Part shown: positions 1-8,776 of the stretch, in pieces | How the letters are laid out: each line of letters opens with the position of its first letter | Numbering within the stretch: position 1 is the first letter of the stretch | Assembly: GCA_902384555.1 (NCBI GenBank) | Contig: CABMCD010000004.1 | Coordinates: 11,909-75,908 of the forward strand | Direction of reading: 5' to 3' | Source of the DNA: an uncultured archaeon | GTDB lineage: Archaea > Micrarchaeota > Micrarchaeia > Anstonellales > Anstonellaceae | DNA length: 64,000 bases | Program-made: the position numbers and the translations under genes | Notes under the pieces: model-generated | What the model was told of the DNA's origin: nothing | What the model saw: the letters and a program-made list of their open reading frames with translations, nothing else | The model's database searches: none

Positions 1-46
1 CATCCTGTCGTTTAGACGTTCGTGGGTTCAAATCCCACCTCCTCCA
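1..46 (+). tRNA. 3' part of a class II tRNA, probably tRNA-Leu (5' part and anticodon outside window)
   Basis: Anticodon-stem 3' strand TCCTG, long variable arm CGT-TTAG-ACG, T-arm GTGGG-TTCAAAT-CCCAC (22-38), acceptor strand CTCCTCC, discriminator A46. A long variable arm with A73 fits archaeal Leu. Confidence 0.7.
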
Positions 47-118
47 AATCCCATTTTTTCCGGCGGACCGCGCGTTTTAATAATCTTTTAACATAATAAT
101 ATTGAAAGTAACACTAGA

Positions 119-775
119 ATGAAAACAGGTGGGATCAATATGGCTCAGAACGGAACTTACACGCTCCAAGATGCGAAAAAGCTCACAGAGAAAACCCTTC
201 AAATCACGGGAACGATGACAGATGCCAGCCCCCAGAGCGGCATCTACCGCTTTTCCCGGATGCTGCTGGACCGGACCATCATGATGCTCGAGTCCGATAT
301 GATGGGGAAGAACCGCGTCTATCCGAAGTGCATAGTCGATTTGTGGGAACAGAAGCTGAACTTTTCGAACGACAACGCAGAGCGCACCGGCATCAAAATG
401 AAAGTCGGCGTACAGTACTTTAAGGCGGCCCTCGCCGAGTCTTCAAAGCTGCCGCTCGTCCCCACCGAGGGGAAGATGGAGGAGTATAACAAACAGGTGC
501 AGACCATCCGCGACTACTTCGGGCACGCCGTCGACTACGTGCTTGTTAAGGAAGCGGACTTGACGGAGATGCGGTTCCTCTTCGGCATGCTGGATACGTG
601 GTATGTGCGTGAAGTGGCGAATATGAGCCACCTCAAAGGAGGAAAGGACGTGCAAGCCATGGAGCGCATCAAGACATATACAACACAGTTCCGGACCCTT
701 GCGCTGGACCAGCGGTTTGATGGGAGCTTGGAGCCCGAGGTAAAGAAGACTTACGGCTGGAAGTACATCAACTAA
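119..775 (+). CDS. hypothetical protein (alpha-helical orphan; alternative start 140)
   Basis: 218-aa ORF with AT-rich upstream promoter region and downstream T-tract (801-810); no motif recognised. Confidence 0.7.
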   Translation: MKTGGINMAQNGTYTLQDAKKLTEKTLQITGTMTDASPQSGIYRFSRMLLDRTIMMLESDMMGKNRVYPKCIVDLWEQKLNFSNDNAERTGIKMKVGVQYFKAALAESSKLPLVPTEGKMEEYNKQVQTIRDYFGHAVDYVLVKEADLTEMRFLFGMLDTWYVREVANMSHLKGGKDVQAMERIKTYTTQFRTLALDQRFDGSLEPEVKKTYGWKYIN

Positions 776-880
776 AACCGGCCTTTCGCCCGACACGCAT
801 CTTCTTTTTTGAAATTTAGAGCAGCTTAGTGGAAACAGGAAAAAAGAGAGAAATAAAAAAGAAGGAAAAAAGGCCGGAGA

Positions 881-2446
881 TTATTCTCTCAAGCTATCCA
901 ATACCACTTTCTCCATCTCGACCGCTTCCATCTTCTCGAACACCCGCAGCGCCATGTCCAGCTTGCCCTCGCTCTCGGCATACAAATCCATGAGCGGGTC
1001 GCCGGCCTTGATGAGGTCGCCCTTTTCCATGTGCAGATAGACGCCCGCGCCCTTGTCGGCCGGGGCGCCGCAGGCGCGCGCCACGCGGGCCAGCAGCTTG
1101 TTGTCGAGGTGCGAGACGCGCCCCGAGCGGGTGGCGGTGATGCGGTGGTGGTAGCTTCCAATCGGAACCGAGTGGGAATTGAGCTTCTTCACCTCGCCGC
1201 CCTGCCATTCCACGATTTGCTTGAACTTGGCCAAGGCCTTGCCGTTGTCCAGCAGCGAGGCCGCGATGGAATAGCCCGTGCCCTTCTTGGCCTTGCCCGA
1301 CAGCTCGAGCAGCGTGCCGCTCAGCTGGCAGGACTTGTCGCGCAAATCGCGCGGGCCGTTTCCTTCCAAACACGCCAGCGCGTCGCGGCATTCCAGCGCG
1401 GGCCCAATCCCGTTGCCAATCGGGTCCTCGCCGTTGGTGATGAGGGCCTCGATGGTGATGCCGAGGCGCTTTCCAATCGAGATGAAATCCTTGGCCAGCG
1501 CGCGCGCCTCCGCCATGTCGTTGAGTTTCACGCCGCGCCCGACAGGAATGTCGATGACGCAGTACTGCGCCCCCACGCTCTTTTTCTTGGCCAAAATGGA
1601 TGAGAGCAGCACGCCCTTGGGGGCGAGGGAGAGGGGGGTGCGGATTTTGATGAGCTTGTCGTCCGCGGCCGCGAGGTTGATGGCCCCGCCCCAGACCACG
1701 CAGCCGCCAATCGAGCGCACCTGCTTCTCCATCTCATGAATCGGCATGCTCACGTCGCACAGCGTCTCCATGGCGTCCGCCGTGCCGGCGGCCGAGGTGA
1801 TGGCGCGCGAAGAGGTCTTGGGGATGAAGCAGCCGGCCGCGGCCACGATGGGCACCATCACCATGGTGGTGCGATTCCCCGCCACGCCGCCGATGCAGTG
1901 CTTGTCCAGAATGGGGGATTTGCCCACTTTGAGCGTCTCGCCGGTGGCCACGATGGATTCGGTGAGCCCCACCACCTCGTCCTCGTTCATGCCGCGGATG
2001 TAGCAGGAAGTCATGAAGGCCGCCAGCTCGCCCTCGGCGAGGCGGTTGTCCATGGTGTCGTTGATGATGGTGCGGATTTGGCCGGCCTCCAGCGTCTTGC
2101 CCTCCATCTTGGCCTTGATGTATTCGATGGACTGGGGGCGGCTGGTGAGTTCCAGTTCCACCGTGCCGTGCGTGCTGGCGCCAAGCGCCTTGTGCACCTC
2201 GTAAAACAGGCCGATTTCGCCCGGTTTGGCCAGGTCGTTGGACAAATCCACCATGGCGATGATTTGCCGCTTCTTGTAGCGCACGATGACGCGGTAGCCG
2301 GTGTAGATGTCGTTTTGGTGGGCATAGGCGGAATTGAGCACCACCACCAGCCCGCCGGCCATGACGTCCAGCAATTTGGGCTTGAGCGACAGGCGGCGCA
2401 TGCGCATGACTTCCTCTTTCACCTTGCGGTATGACGACTGCACCAT
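881..2446 (-). CDS. deoA: AMP phosphorylase (thymidine phosphorylase family, archaeal type)
   Basis: Motifs DKHCIGGVAGN, PKTSSRAITSAAGTAD, IDIPVG, GIGPALE, GAPADKGAG; SD GAGGTGA 4 nt upstream; adjacent to R15P isomerase. Confidence 0.93.
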   Translation of the reverse strand: MVQSSYRKVKEEVMRMRRLSLKPKLLDVMAGGLVVVLNSAYAHQNDIYTGYRVIVRYKKRQIIAMVDLSNDLAKPGEIGLFYEVHKALGASTHGTVELELTSRPQSIEYIKAKMEGKTLEAGQIRTIINDTMDNRLAEGELAAFMTSCYIRGMNEDEVVGLTESIVATGETLKVGKSPILDKHCIGGVAGNRTTMVMVPIVAAAGCFIPKTSSRAITSAAGTADAMETLCDVSMPIHEMEKQVRSIGGCVVWGGAINLAAADDKLIKIRTPLSLAPKGVLLSSILAKKKSVGAQYCVIDIPVGRGVKLNDMAEARALAKDFISIGKRLGITIEALITNGEDPIGNGIGPALECRDALACLEGNGPRDLRDKSCQLSGTLLELSGKAKKGTGYSIAASLLDNGKALAKFKQIVEWQGGEVKKLNSHSVPIGSYHHRITATRSGRVSHLDNKLLARVARACGAPADKGAGVYLHMEKGDLIKAGDPLMDLYAESEGKLDMALRVFEKMEAVEMEKVVLDSLRE

Positions 2447-2450
2447 GATT

Positions 2451-3422
2451 TCACCTCGAAAGACTAAGCTTGGACTGCGCGATGATGCCCAGTTGCGCGG
2501 GCGGCACCAGCCCCTCTTCGGTGATGTAGGCCGAAATGAGGCGGGCGGGCGTGCGGTCGAAGGCCGGGTTAAGGACCGAGAGCTTGGCGGGCTTTTTCAC
2601 TTTCTTTCCTTTCTCCTGCCCGTAGAGCCCGCTGCCCCACACCTCCTCCCAGGCGCGCTGCTCAATCGGCTCGGCGCGGCCCAAACGGGTGAGGGGGTCG
2701 AATTTCCACGTCTCGGCCGCGCACAAAAAGCGCACCGAATGCAAATGGGCCAGCTGCGCGAGCGTGGAGGTGCCCACCTTGTTGATGAGGTCGCCCTCGG
2801 AGGTGATGGCATCCGCGCCGACCAGCACCAAATCGATTTGGTTTATCAGCGAGCCGCAGGCCGAATCCACGGCCAGCGTGGTCTTGATGCCGGCGGCCGA
2901 CAGCTCGCGCGCCGAGAGGCGGCCCTGATAAAGCGGGCGGGTTTCCAGGCAGGTGACGCGCAGATGCTTGCCCATTTTATGCGCGCGAATGAGCAGGCGC
3001 ATGAGCGTGGTGGAGTGGCAGTGGATGAGGATGGAGGCGTTGTCGGGAATTTCGGCCGCGCCGATTTTGGCGATGGTGTCGGCCGATTTTTCCATGTCCG
3101 AGAGCAGGAGCGCCTCGCGCTTGGCCAGCGCGGCGCGCAGGGCCGCAACGTCGCGGGCCGGGTTGGCGTGAATCCAGGCCATGGAAAAGCGCAGCGTCTG
3201 CTCCAGCGCATTTCGCATCATCGGCTCGGTGGGGCGCGTGGCCTCGAGCAGGCGCGCGGCGGCCAGCAAATCGGAGTGAAAGCCGGCCTTGTTTTTGGCC
3301 CGGCTCGCCTTCGCGGCCAGCATCAGCCCCTCCAGCGCGGATTTGGCAATGCGCCGCGCGCCCTGTATTTTGAGGGCTTTGATGTCGGCGGCAATTTGCT
3401 GCACCGAGCGGGTTTTGGCCAT
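2451..3422 (-). CDS. e2b2: ribose-1,5-bisphosphate isomerase (eIF-2B alpha/beta/delta family)
   Basis: IQGA, TRPTEPMM, IHCHS (catalytic Cys), ETRP, GADAI (catalytic Asp), NKVGT, NPAFD; TATA TTTTAAAA ~23 nt upstream of ATG 3422. Confidence 0.9.
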   Translation of the reverse strand: MAKTRSVQQIAADIKALKIQGARRIAKSALEGLMLAAKASRAKNKAGFHSDLLAAARLLEATRPTEPMMRNALEQTLRFSMAWIHANPARDVAALRAALAKREALLLSDMEKSADTIAKIGAAEIPDNASILIHCHSTTLMRLLIRAHKMGKHLRVTCLETRPLYQGRLSARELSAAGIKTTLAVDSACGSLINQIDLVLVGADAITSEGDLINKVGTSTLAQLAHLHSVRFLCAAETWKFDPLTRLGRAEPIEQRAWEEVWGSGLYGQEKGKKVKKPAKLSVLNPAFDRTPARLISAYITEEGLVPPAQLGIIAQSKLSLSR

Positions 3423-3543
3423 GGCGGACAGACGAGGAGGAGGTTTTAAAACGCGACGGAAAAGGGTGGAAAAGAGAAGGGCGGAGGGCGGAGAAAAATG
3501 GGCCTCCGGCGGATGAAAAACGTCGGGCTTGGATGAAGGCGGC

Positions 3544-4119
3544 CTAATCCGCCAGTCTTCCAATCCGCATGCGAGCATAGCCACCCATCATGCCGCCCGG
3601 ACCGGAGCCCGGCTGGCCGCCGTAGGCACCGGGGCCTCGGGTTCCGGCCGTACGTCCTCCGTATCCGCCCGAAGCGTTCATCATGCCCCGCGTGCCGTTG
3701 CGGCTGAAATTGCCGGCTCCCCGCCCTGCCGTGGAAGGGAGCGAGGAAGTCGCATCGGTGCCGCACAGGGCCGAGAAATTCGCATTCTGCATCAGGGGCG
3801 AGTTGCTGAAATTGAACACCGAGCCGTTGATGGCCACCCAGCAGTCGGAGGGCGTGGCGTGCGCCTTCACATCGGAGAGCGAATAGGCGGGCAGGTTGGA
3901 CCAATCGGGTGCGCCATAGCCGCCGCTTGGAGAGCCTTGGGCGCCGGAGCCGCCTGAAGCGGCTTCGGGGCCGGAGCCGGAATCTGTATTGTAATTGGAG
4001 CCGGGCACGTATTGGCCGGAGCTGCCTCCCGGCCCCTGCGTGCAGCCGGCGAGAAGAAAGAGGAAAACAAAAGCCGCACCCAGCAGGGGCAGCAGCGATT
4101 GGATGGACCGAGTCATCAT
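3544..4119 (-). CDS. lipoprotein with cytochrome b5-like domain and Gly-rich linkers
   Basis: Lipobox LAGC after a hydrophobic stretch; YSLSDVKAH..DCWVAINGSVFN..CGTDAT matches the cyt b5 fold signature. Confidence 0.75.
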   Translation of the reverse strand: MMTRSIQSLLPLLGAAFVFLFLLAGCTQGPGGSSGQYVPGSNYNTDSGSGPEAASGGSGAQGSPSGGYGAPDWSNLPAYSLSDVKAHATPSDCWVAINGSVFNFSNSPLMQNANFSALCGTDATSSLPSTAGRGAGNFSRNGTRGMMNASGGYGGRTAGTRGPGAYGGQPGSGPGGMMGGYARMRIGRLAD

Positions 4120-4135
4120 CTCACCTAAAGTGCGT

Positions 4136-5356
4136 TCATTCGTACCTCAAGGCCTCGACGGGCGGCACCGAGGCCGCGTTGCGCGAGGGGAAGAAACCGG
4201 AGAGCACCCCCACCAGCACCGAGAAGAACAGGCCCAGGGCCACCAGCTCGATGGTGATGCGCGTCGGGATGCCGAACACGCTCATGCCGCTGGACGCCAC
4301 GTAGGAGAGCGCGATGCCCAAGAGCCCGCCCACCAGGCCCACCAGCGCCGATTCGAAAAGGAAGAGCTTGGAGATGTCCCAGCGCGTCGCGCCCAAGCTC
4401 TTGAGGATGCCGATGTATTTGGTCTGCTCCAAAACGGAGGTGAACATGGCGTTGGCCACGCCGATGCCGCCCACAATCAGCGAGATGGAGGCGATGACGC
4501 CCAAAAACAGGCCCAAGGTGCTGGTGACGCTGGAGACCGAGGACTGGATGGAGGAGGCCGTGGTGACGCGGAAGTCCTCCTTCTCCGCCGTCACGCGGTG
4601 CAGGCGCTGCAGCACCGATTCCAGCGAGAGGGCCACGCTGTCGGGGTCCCAGCTGGGTTTGGCCAGCACCACGACCGAACTGGCGTTGTCATAGTTGGAG
4701 AACAGGCTCTTGGCCGTGTCCACGGGAATATAGATTTCGTTGTCCGAGCCGCCAAAGGTGGCGCCGGTCGAATTGAGGATGCCCACCACGCGGAAGGGAG
4801 TGCCGTCGATTTTGATTTGCTTGTCCAGCATGTCCTGGGACTGGAAGGTGCGGTTCACCACCTGCGCGCCCAGCACCGCGGCCGCCTTGTCGCTGGAGCG
4901 CAGGGAGCGCCCTTCGGCGATTTGCACGTTCGAGGTGGAGAGGAACGCGCTGGGGTCGGTGCCCACCACGCTCACCGTGGAGTTGCGGGTGCGGTAGCTC
5001 ACGGTGGCGGATTTGGAGAGACGGGCGTCCACCATCTGCACGCCGGCTACCGTGCGCAGCTGCTCGGCCTCCTTGAAGGTGATGGGCTTGCCGGAGCTGG
5101 AGCTTCCAAAACCCCCCGGCCCGCCGCCGCCAAAGGCCACGCGCCCCGCCTGCCCGCCGCCCGGCGAGACGGTGATGATTTGCGCTCCAAGGCCGGAGAG
5201 CTGGCTGGAAATCTGGTCCTGCAGGCCGGTGCTGATGGAGATGAGGGAGATGATGGAGGCCACGCCGATGACCACGCCCAGAATGGCCAGCCAGCTGCGC
5301 AAATTGCGGTAGCGGATGGAATTGACGGCCAGTCCGAGGATTTCAAGGTTTTCCAT
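4136..5356 (-). CDS. ABC transporter permease, MacB/FtsX family
   Basis: RSWLAILGVVIGVASI, VGGIGVANAM, IGILKSLGA, PVEALRYE. Confidence 0.92.
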   Translation of the reverse strand: MENLEILGLAVNSIRYRNLRSWLAILGVVIGVASIISLISISTGLQDQISSQLSGLGAQIITVSPGGGQAGRVAFGGGGPGGFGSSSSGKPITFKEAEQLRTVAGVQMVDARLSKSATVSYRTRNSTVSVVGTDPSAFLSTSNVQIAEGRSLRSSDKAAAVLGAQVVNRTFQSQDMLDKQIKIDGTPFRVVGILNSTGATFGGSDNEIYIPVDTAKSLFSNYDNASSVVVLAKPSWDPDSVALSLESVLQRLHRVTAEKEDFRVTTASSIQSSVSSVTSTLGLFLGVIASISLIVGGIGVANAMFTSVLEQTKYIGILKSLGATRWDISKLFLFESALVGLVGGLLGIALSYVASSGMSVFGIPTRITIELVALGLFFSVLVGVLSGFFPSRNAASVPPVEALRYE

Positions 5357-5424
5357 GCGAGTTCCCCCTGTCAGTGAGTCGTGCGCCCGCCCCGATTCTC
5401 AAGTCCCGGATGGCGCAGGGGCTT

Positions 5425-7035
5425 TCATGCAGTCTCCTTCTTTTTCTTGCCCTTGAAGTGGCGCCAGAGCAGGAAAGCCGCGATGGCCACGACCACGAGG
5501 GCCGCCAGGATGAGCGGGAGCGGAAGGCCGGAAGCGCCGGTAGAACCGCCGGGCCGGCCGCCAAGCAGGCCGCCCAGCAGGCCGCCGGTCGCCGGGCGGC
5601 CGCCGAGGCTGCTGACCGTGCCGGAGCGCACCGTGCCGGTGCCGTTGGTCATGAACGACAGGCCGCTGCTGCCCGCGTCCAGCTGCCGGGTGATGGTGTG
5701 CGGCTGGTTGGAGCTGTCGCGGAAGGTCACCTCCACGTTCAGGGTGCCCGACGCGCCGCTGGCGAGCGACACCGACGAATAGTCGTCCACGTTAAGCGTG
5801 CCGATGAAGCTGCGCACCGGGGCCTCGCGCGGGTTGCTCTCGGAAGTGACGGTGACGTCCACGCTGCGCACCTGCGAGTTGCCGGTGTTGGCCAGCATCA
5901 CCTGTGCCGGCTCGCCGGACTGGTCGAGGCTGATGCTCAGCTGCGGCGTCGCGGTCACCGACAGGCCGAAGGACTGGCCGAACGCATTGCCGCTGCTGGG
6001 CGTGACCTGCAGGGGCAGCAGGTAGTAGCCGGCCGAGGCGGACGGGGAGACGCCCACCTCCACGTCCTGGCTGGAGGAGGAGCCGGGGGCGACGGAGTCG
6101 AAGTAGAGGCGCTGGGCGCCGATGGGGGAGAACACGTCGCTGGAATTGAGGTCCACCACGGCCGAGACGGAGCGGGTGCCGGCGTTGGAGAGGGTGACGT
6201 GCAAAGTAGCCTTGGAGCCGATTTCGACCGAGGAGGGGGCGCGCACCGACAGGCGCGCCTCGCTGGACGCGTCCTGCACGCTCAGGGGCCCGACGCTCAA
6301 TTCCACCGAGTTGGGGCGGTTGAGCTTGTCATAGTAGGTGAAGGTGAGCGGGACGTTGTAGGTGCCCACCGTGGTGGAGGAGGAGGCGAGCAGGTTGACC
6401 AGGACCATCTGGCTGGCGCCGGGGGCAATGGTGCCCACGGCCTGCTGCGACGCGCCCTCCAGCGAGAAGGACGAGTTGGCGGGCGTGGTGACCACGATGT
6501 TGTTGGTGGTTCCGCCGATGTTGCTCAAATTCAGGCTCACCGCCACATCCTCGCCGGGGGAGATGGAGGGGTTGTCAATGGAGACGGTGCGCGCCACCAG
6601 CGGCGTGGGCTGGCTGACCTGCACCGGCACCTGCAGCGACACTTTCTTGGAAGTGCTGGCCGTGGTGCGCCCCGTCGCGGTGCTGGTGGTGTCGTCGCTG
6701 TAGTAGAAATCAACCGACACCACCTGGATGCCGCCCGCCGCGGCCTGCGAAACCTGGAAGGGGATGGCGACCTGCACGTCCGAGCCGCTGGCCAAATCGC
6801 CCAGCGAAATGGAACTGGCGGCGCCGTTCACCACAAAGGCGGCGCTGGTGCCGAACGCCGTCGCGTCGCCGGTGTTCTTGAGGTCCACCTGCAGGTAGCC
6901 CAGCGTGCCGGCATACACGGAGGAGGGCACGGTGCTGTAGTTGTAGATTTGAAGGATGGGGCTGGCAAAGCCGAAGCCGGCGATGAGGGCCAGCGCGAAT
7001 GCGAACGTATACAGGGTGGCGGTTTTCATGTTCAT
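5425..7035 (-). CDS. COG1361 S-layer-domain-like membrane-anchored protein
   Basis: Signal peptide, repeated Ig-like LxNxG strands, C-terminal TM helix and basic tail; ATGA overlap with the ATPase stop; SD GGAGG. Confidence 0.85.
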   Translation of the reverse strand: MNMKTATLYTFAFALALIAGFGFASPILQIYNYSTVPSSVYAGTLGYLQVDLKNTGDATAFGTSAAFVVNGAASSISLGDLASGSDVQVAIPFQVSQAAAGGIQVVSVDFYYSDDTTSTATGRTTASTSKKVSLQVPVQVSQPTPLVARTVSIDNPSISPGEDVAVSLNLSNIGGTTNNIVVTTPANSSFSLEGASQQAVGTIAPGASQMVLVNLLASSSTTVGTYNVPLTFTYYDKLNRPNSVELSVGPLSVQDASSEARLSVRAPSSVEIGSKATLHVTLSNAGTRSVSAVVDLNSSDVFSPIGAQRLYFDSVAPGSSSSQDVEVGVSPSASAGYYLLPLQVTPSSGNAFGQSFGLSVTATPQLSISLDQSGEPAQVMLANTGNSQVRSVDVTVTSESNPREAPVRSFIGTLNVDDYSSVSLASGASGTLNVEVTFRDSSNQPHTITRQLDAGSSGLSFMTNGTGTVRSGTVSSLGGRPATGGLLGGLLGGRPGGSTGASGLPLPLILAALVVVAIAAFLLWRHFKGKKKKETA

Positions 7036-7769
7036 GCTCCTCCGGGTTTGTGCTTGCGTATGGCAGGCTTGGTAATCGTGTCGCTCTCGATTTTCCCGTC
7101 GAGAATGCGGATTTGCCGCTCGGTCTGGCCCGCGATGCGCGGGTCGTGGGTGACGAAGATGACGGTGATGGCGCGCTCCTTGCACAGGCCCATGATGAAC
7201 TGGATGACCTCGTCCGAGGATTTGGAGTCCAGGTTGCCCGTGGGCTCGTCGGCGAGCAGGATTTTGGGGCTGGTGACCAGGCTGCGGGCCACGGCCACGC
7301 GCTGCTTCTGCCCGCCCGAAATCTGCGAGGTCATGTTGCGGGCCTTGTCCGAGAGGCCGACCACCGCCAGGTGCTTGTCCACCAGCGGGCGGCGGGCCTC
7401 GGGGGGCAGGCCGCGGATGATGAGCGGCAGCTCGACGTTCTGGAACACGTTGAGGGTGGGGGCGAGGTTGAAGGCCTGAAAGACGAAACCAATCGTTTCG
7501 CGCCGGGCGCGCGCGAGGCCGTTGTCGTCCATCTTTGACACGGGCTGGCCGTCGAGGAAAATCTCCCCGCCGCTGGGCTTGTCCAGGCAGCCCAGCAGGT
7601 GGAGCAGCGTGCTCTTGCCCGAGCCGGAGGGCCCGATGATGGAGATGATTTCGCCCCTTCGAATTTCGAGGCTGATGTCATCCAGCGCCCTGAACGGCGG
7701 GTCGCCCTCGTAGACCTTGGTGACGTGCTCCATCTTGAGCACCACGTCGGAAGCCGAACCGGGCCGCAT
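7032..7769 (-). CDS. ABC transporter ATP-binding protein (LolD/MacB type)
   Basis: Walker A GPSGSGKST, signature ISGGQKQR, Walker B LLADEPTGNLD, H-loop VTHD. Confidence 0.95.
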   Translation of the reverse strand: MRPGSASDVVLKMEHVTKVYEGDPPFRALDDISLEIRRGEIISIIGPSGSGKSTLLHLLGCLDKPSGGEIFLDGQPVSKMDDNGLARARRETIGFVFQAFNLAPTLNVFQNVELPLIIRGLPPEARRPLVDKHLAVVGLSDKARNMTSQISGGQKQRVAVARSLVTSPKILLADEPTGNLDSKSSDEVIQFIMGLCKERAITVIFVTHDPRIAGQTERQIRILDGKIESDTITKPAIRKHKPGGA

Positions 7770-7891
7770 GAGGAAATGGGTGCGCGGGGGGAATAAAAAG
7801 ACGCTCCAAAATCGCTCCGAAATCAAAAAAGGGGGAAATTGGGGAAAATGAAAGAACGGGCGGGGGTGGGGCGCCCGGCCTTTCTTGTCCC

Positions 7892-8410
7892 TCATTCGTT
7901 GCTCAGTTTGGCGAACACCACCAGCCCGACCGCCGAGAAGAGCAGGGGGATGAACTGGAAGACCTCCCCCAGCGGGCCGGGGCCGGACAGCAGGCGGGTG
8001 AAGGGCAGGGTGGAGAGGGCGTAGAGCAGGAAGGAGAAGAGGAAGGCCACTATCCCCAGCGCGAAGCTGGTCCTAAAGCGCAGGTAGTCCTTCACATAGA
8101 CGTAGAGCAGCCACACCACCAGCGCGAGGTTGATGATGGAGAGGATGCCGCGGACGGCGAAATAGCTGCCCAAATCGGAATTGACCATCATGAACTCGCC
8201 GTGGGGCGTCATCACCAGCTCCGCGTTCTTCATGTCCTCGATGAACTTGATTTGGGGCAGGATGACGGAGGAGAGGTAGATGATGACCAGGGCCGCCACG
8301 ATGAGGCCGGCCGTGCACAGGAGCGCGCGCCCGCGGCCGGACTGCGCCGCATCGCTGCGGGCCGGGCCCTTTGGCGGCGCGCCTTTCTTTGAATTGGCTG
8401 ATTTTTTCAT
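7892..8410 (-). CDS. membrane protein of the type co-encoded with archaeal ArsR-like HTH regulators
   Basis: About 4 hydrophobic helices; YLRFRTSFALGIVAF segment; directly downstream of the wHTH gene. Confidence 0.75.
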   Translation of the reverse strand: MKKSANSKKGAPPKGPARSDAAQSGRGRALLCTAGLIVAALVIIYLSSVILPQIKFIEDMKNAELVMTPHGEFMMVNSDLGSYFAVRGILSIINLALVVWLLYVYVKDYLRFRTSFALGIVAFLFSFLLYALSTLPFTRLLSGPGPLGEVFQFIPLLFSAVGLVVFAKLSNE

Positions 8411-8416
8411 GTCCCC

Positions 8417-8692
8417 TCACCCCTTGATTTTCTCCATCACATAGGCCCGCGCATCCGGCAAATCCGTGAGCGCGTAGAGGCGGCCGTAGCCCGCGCCCAC
8501 GCTCTCCACGATGGAGTGCTTCTCCATCAGCCGGATGTGGTGCTCCACCGTACTGTAGTCCAGTTTGGCCGCGAGGGCCAGCTGGCGCAGGTTGAGCGGC
8601 CGCTTGGCCAGGATGGCGAGCAGGCGCACCCGCGTAGGGCCGCCCCGCGTGCCGTCCAGCAGCCAGAACAAAAACCGCCGAGTGGAATCCAT
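8417..8692 (-). CDS. ArsR-family winged helix-turn-helix regulator
   Basis: WLLDGTRGGPTRVRLL..RPLNLRQLA..LDYSTVEHHI..GYGRLY; TATA ~24 nt upstream of ATG 8692. Confidence 0.88.
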   Translation of the reverse strand: MDSTRRFLFWLLDGTRGGPTRVRLLAILAKRPLNLRQLALAAKLDYSTVEHHIRLMEKHSIVESVGAGYGRLYALTDLPDARAYVMEKIKG

Positions 8693-8776
8693 TGGAACCA
8701 AGACGCGAAGGCAGGATATAAAGCTTGTCCAAAATCGCAAAAGAAGAACCGCAAAAGAAGATAGGCGTTGAAGAAA

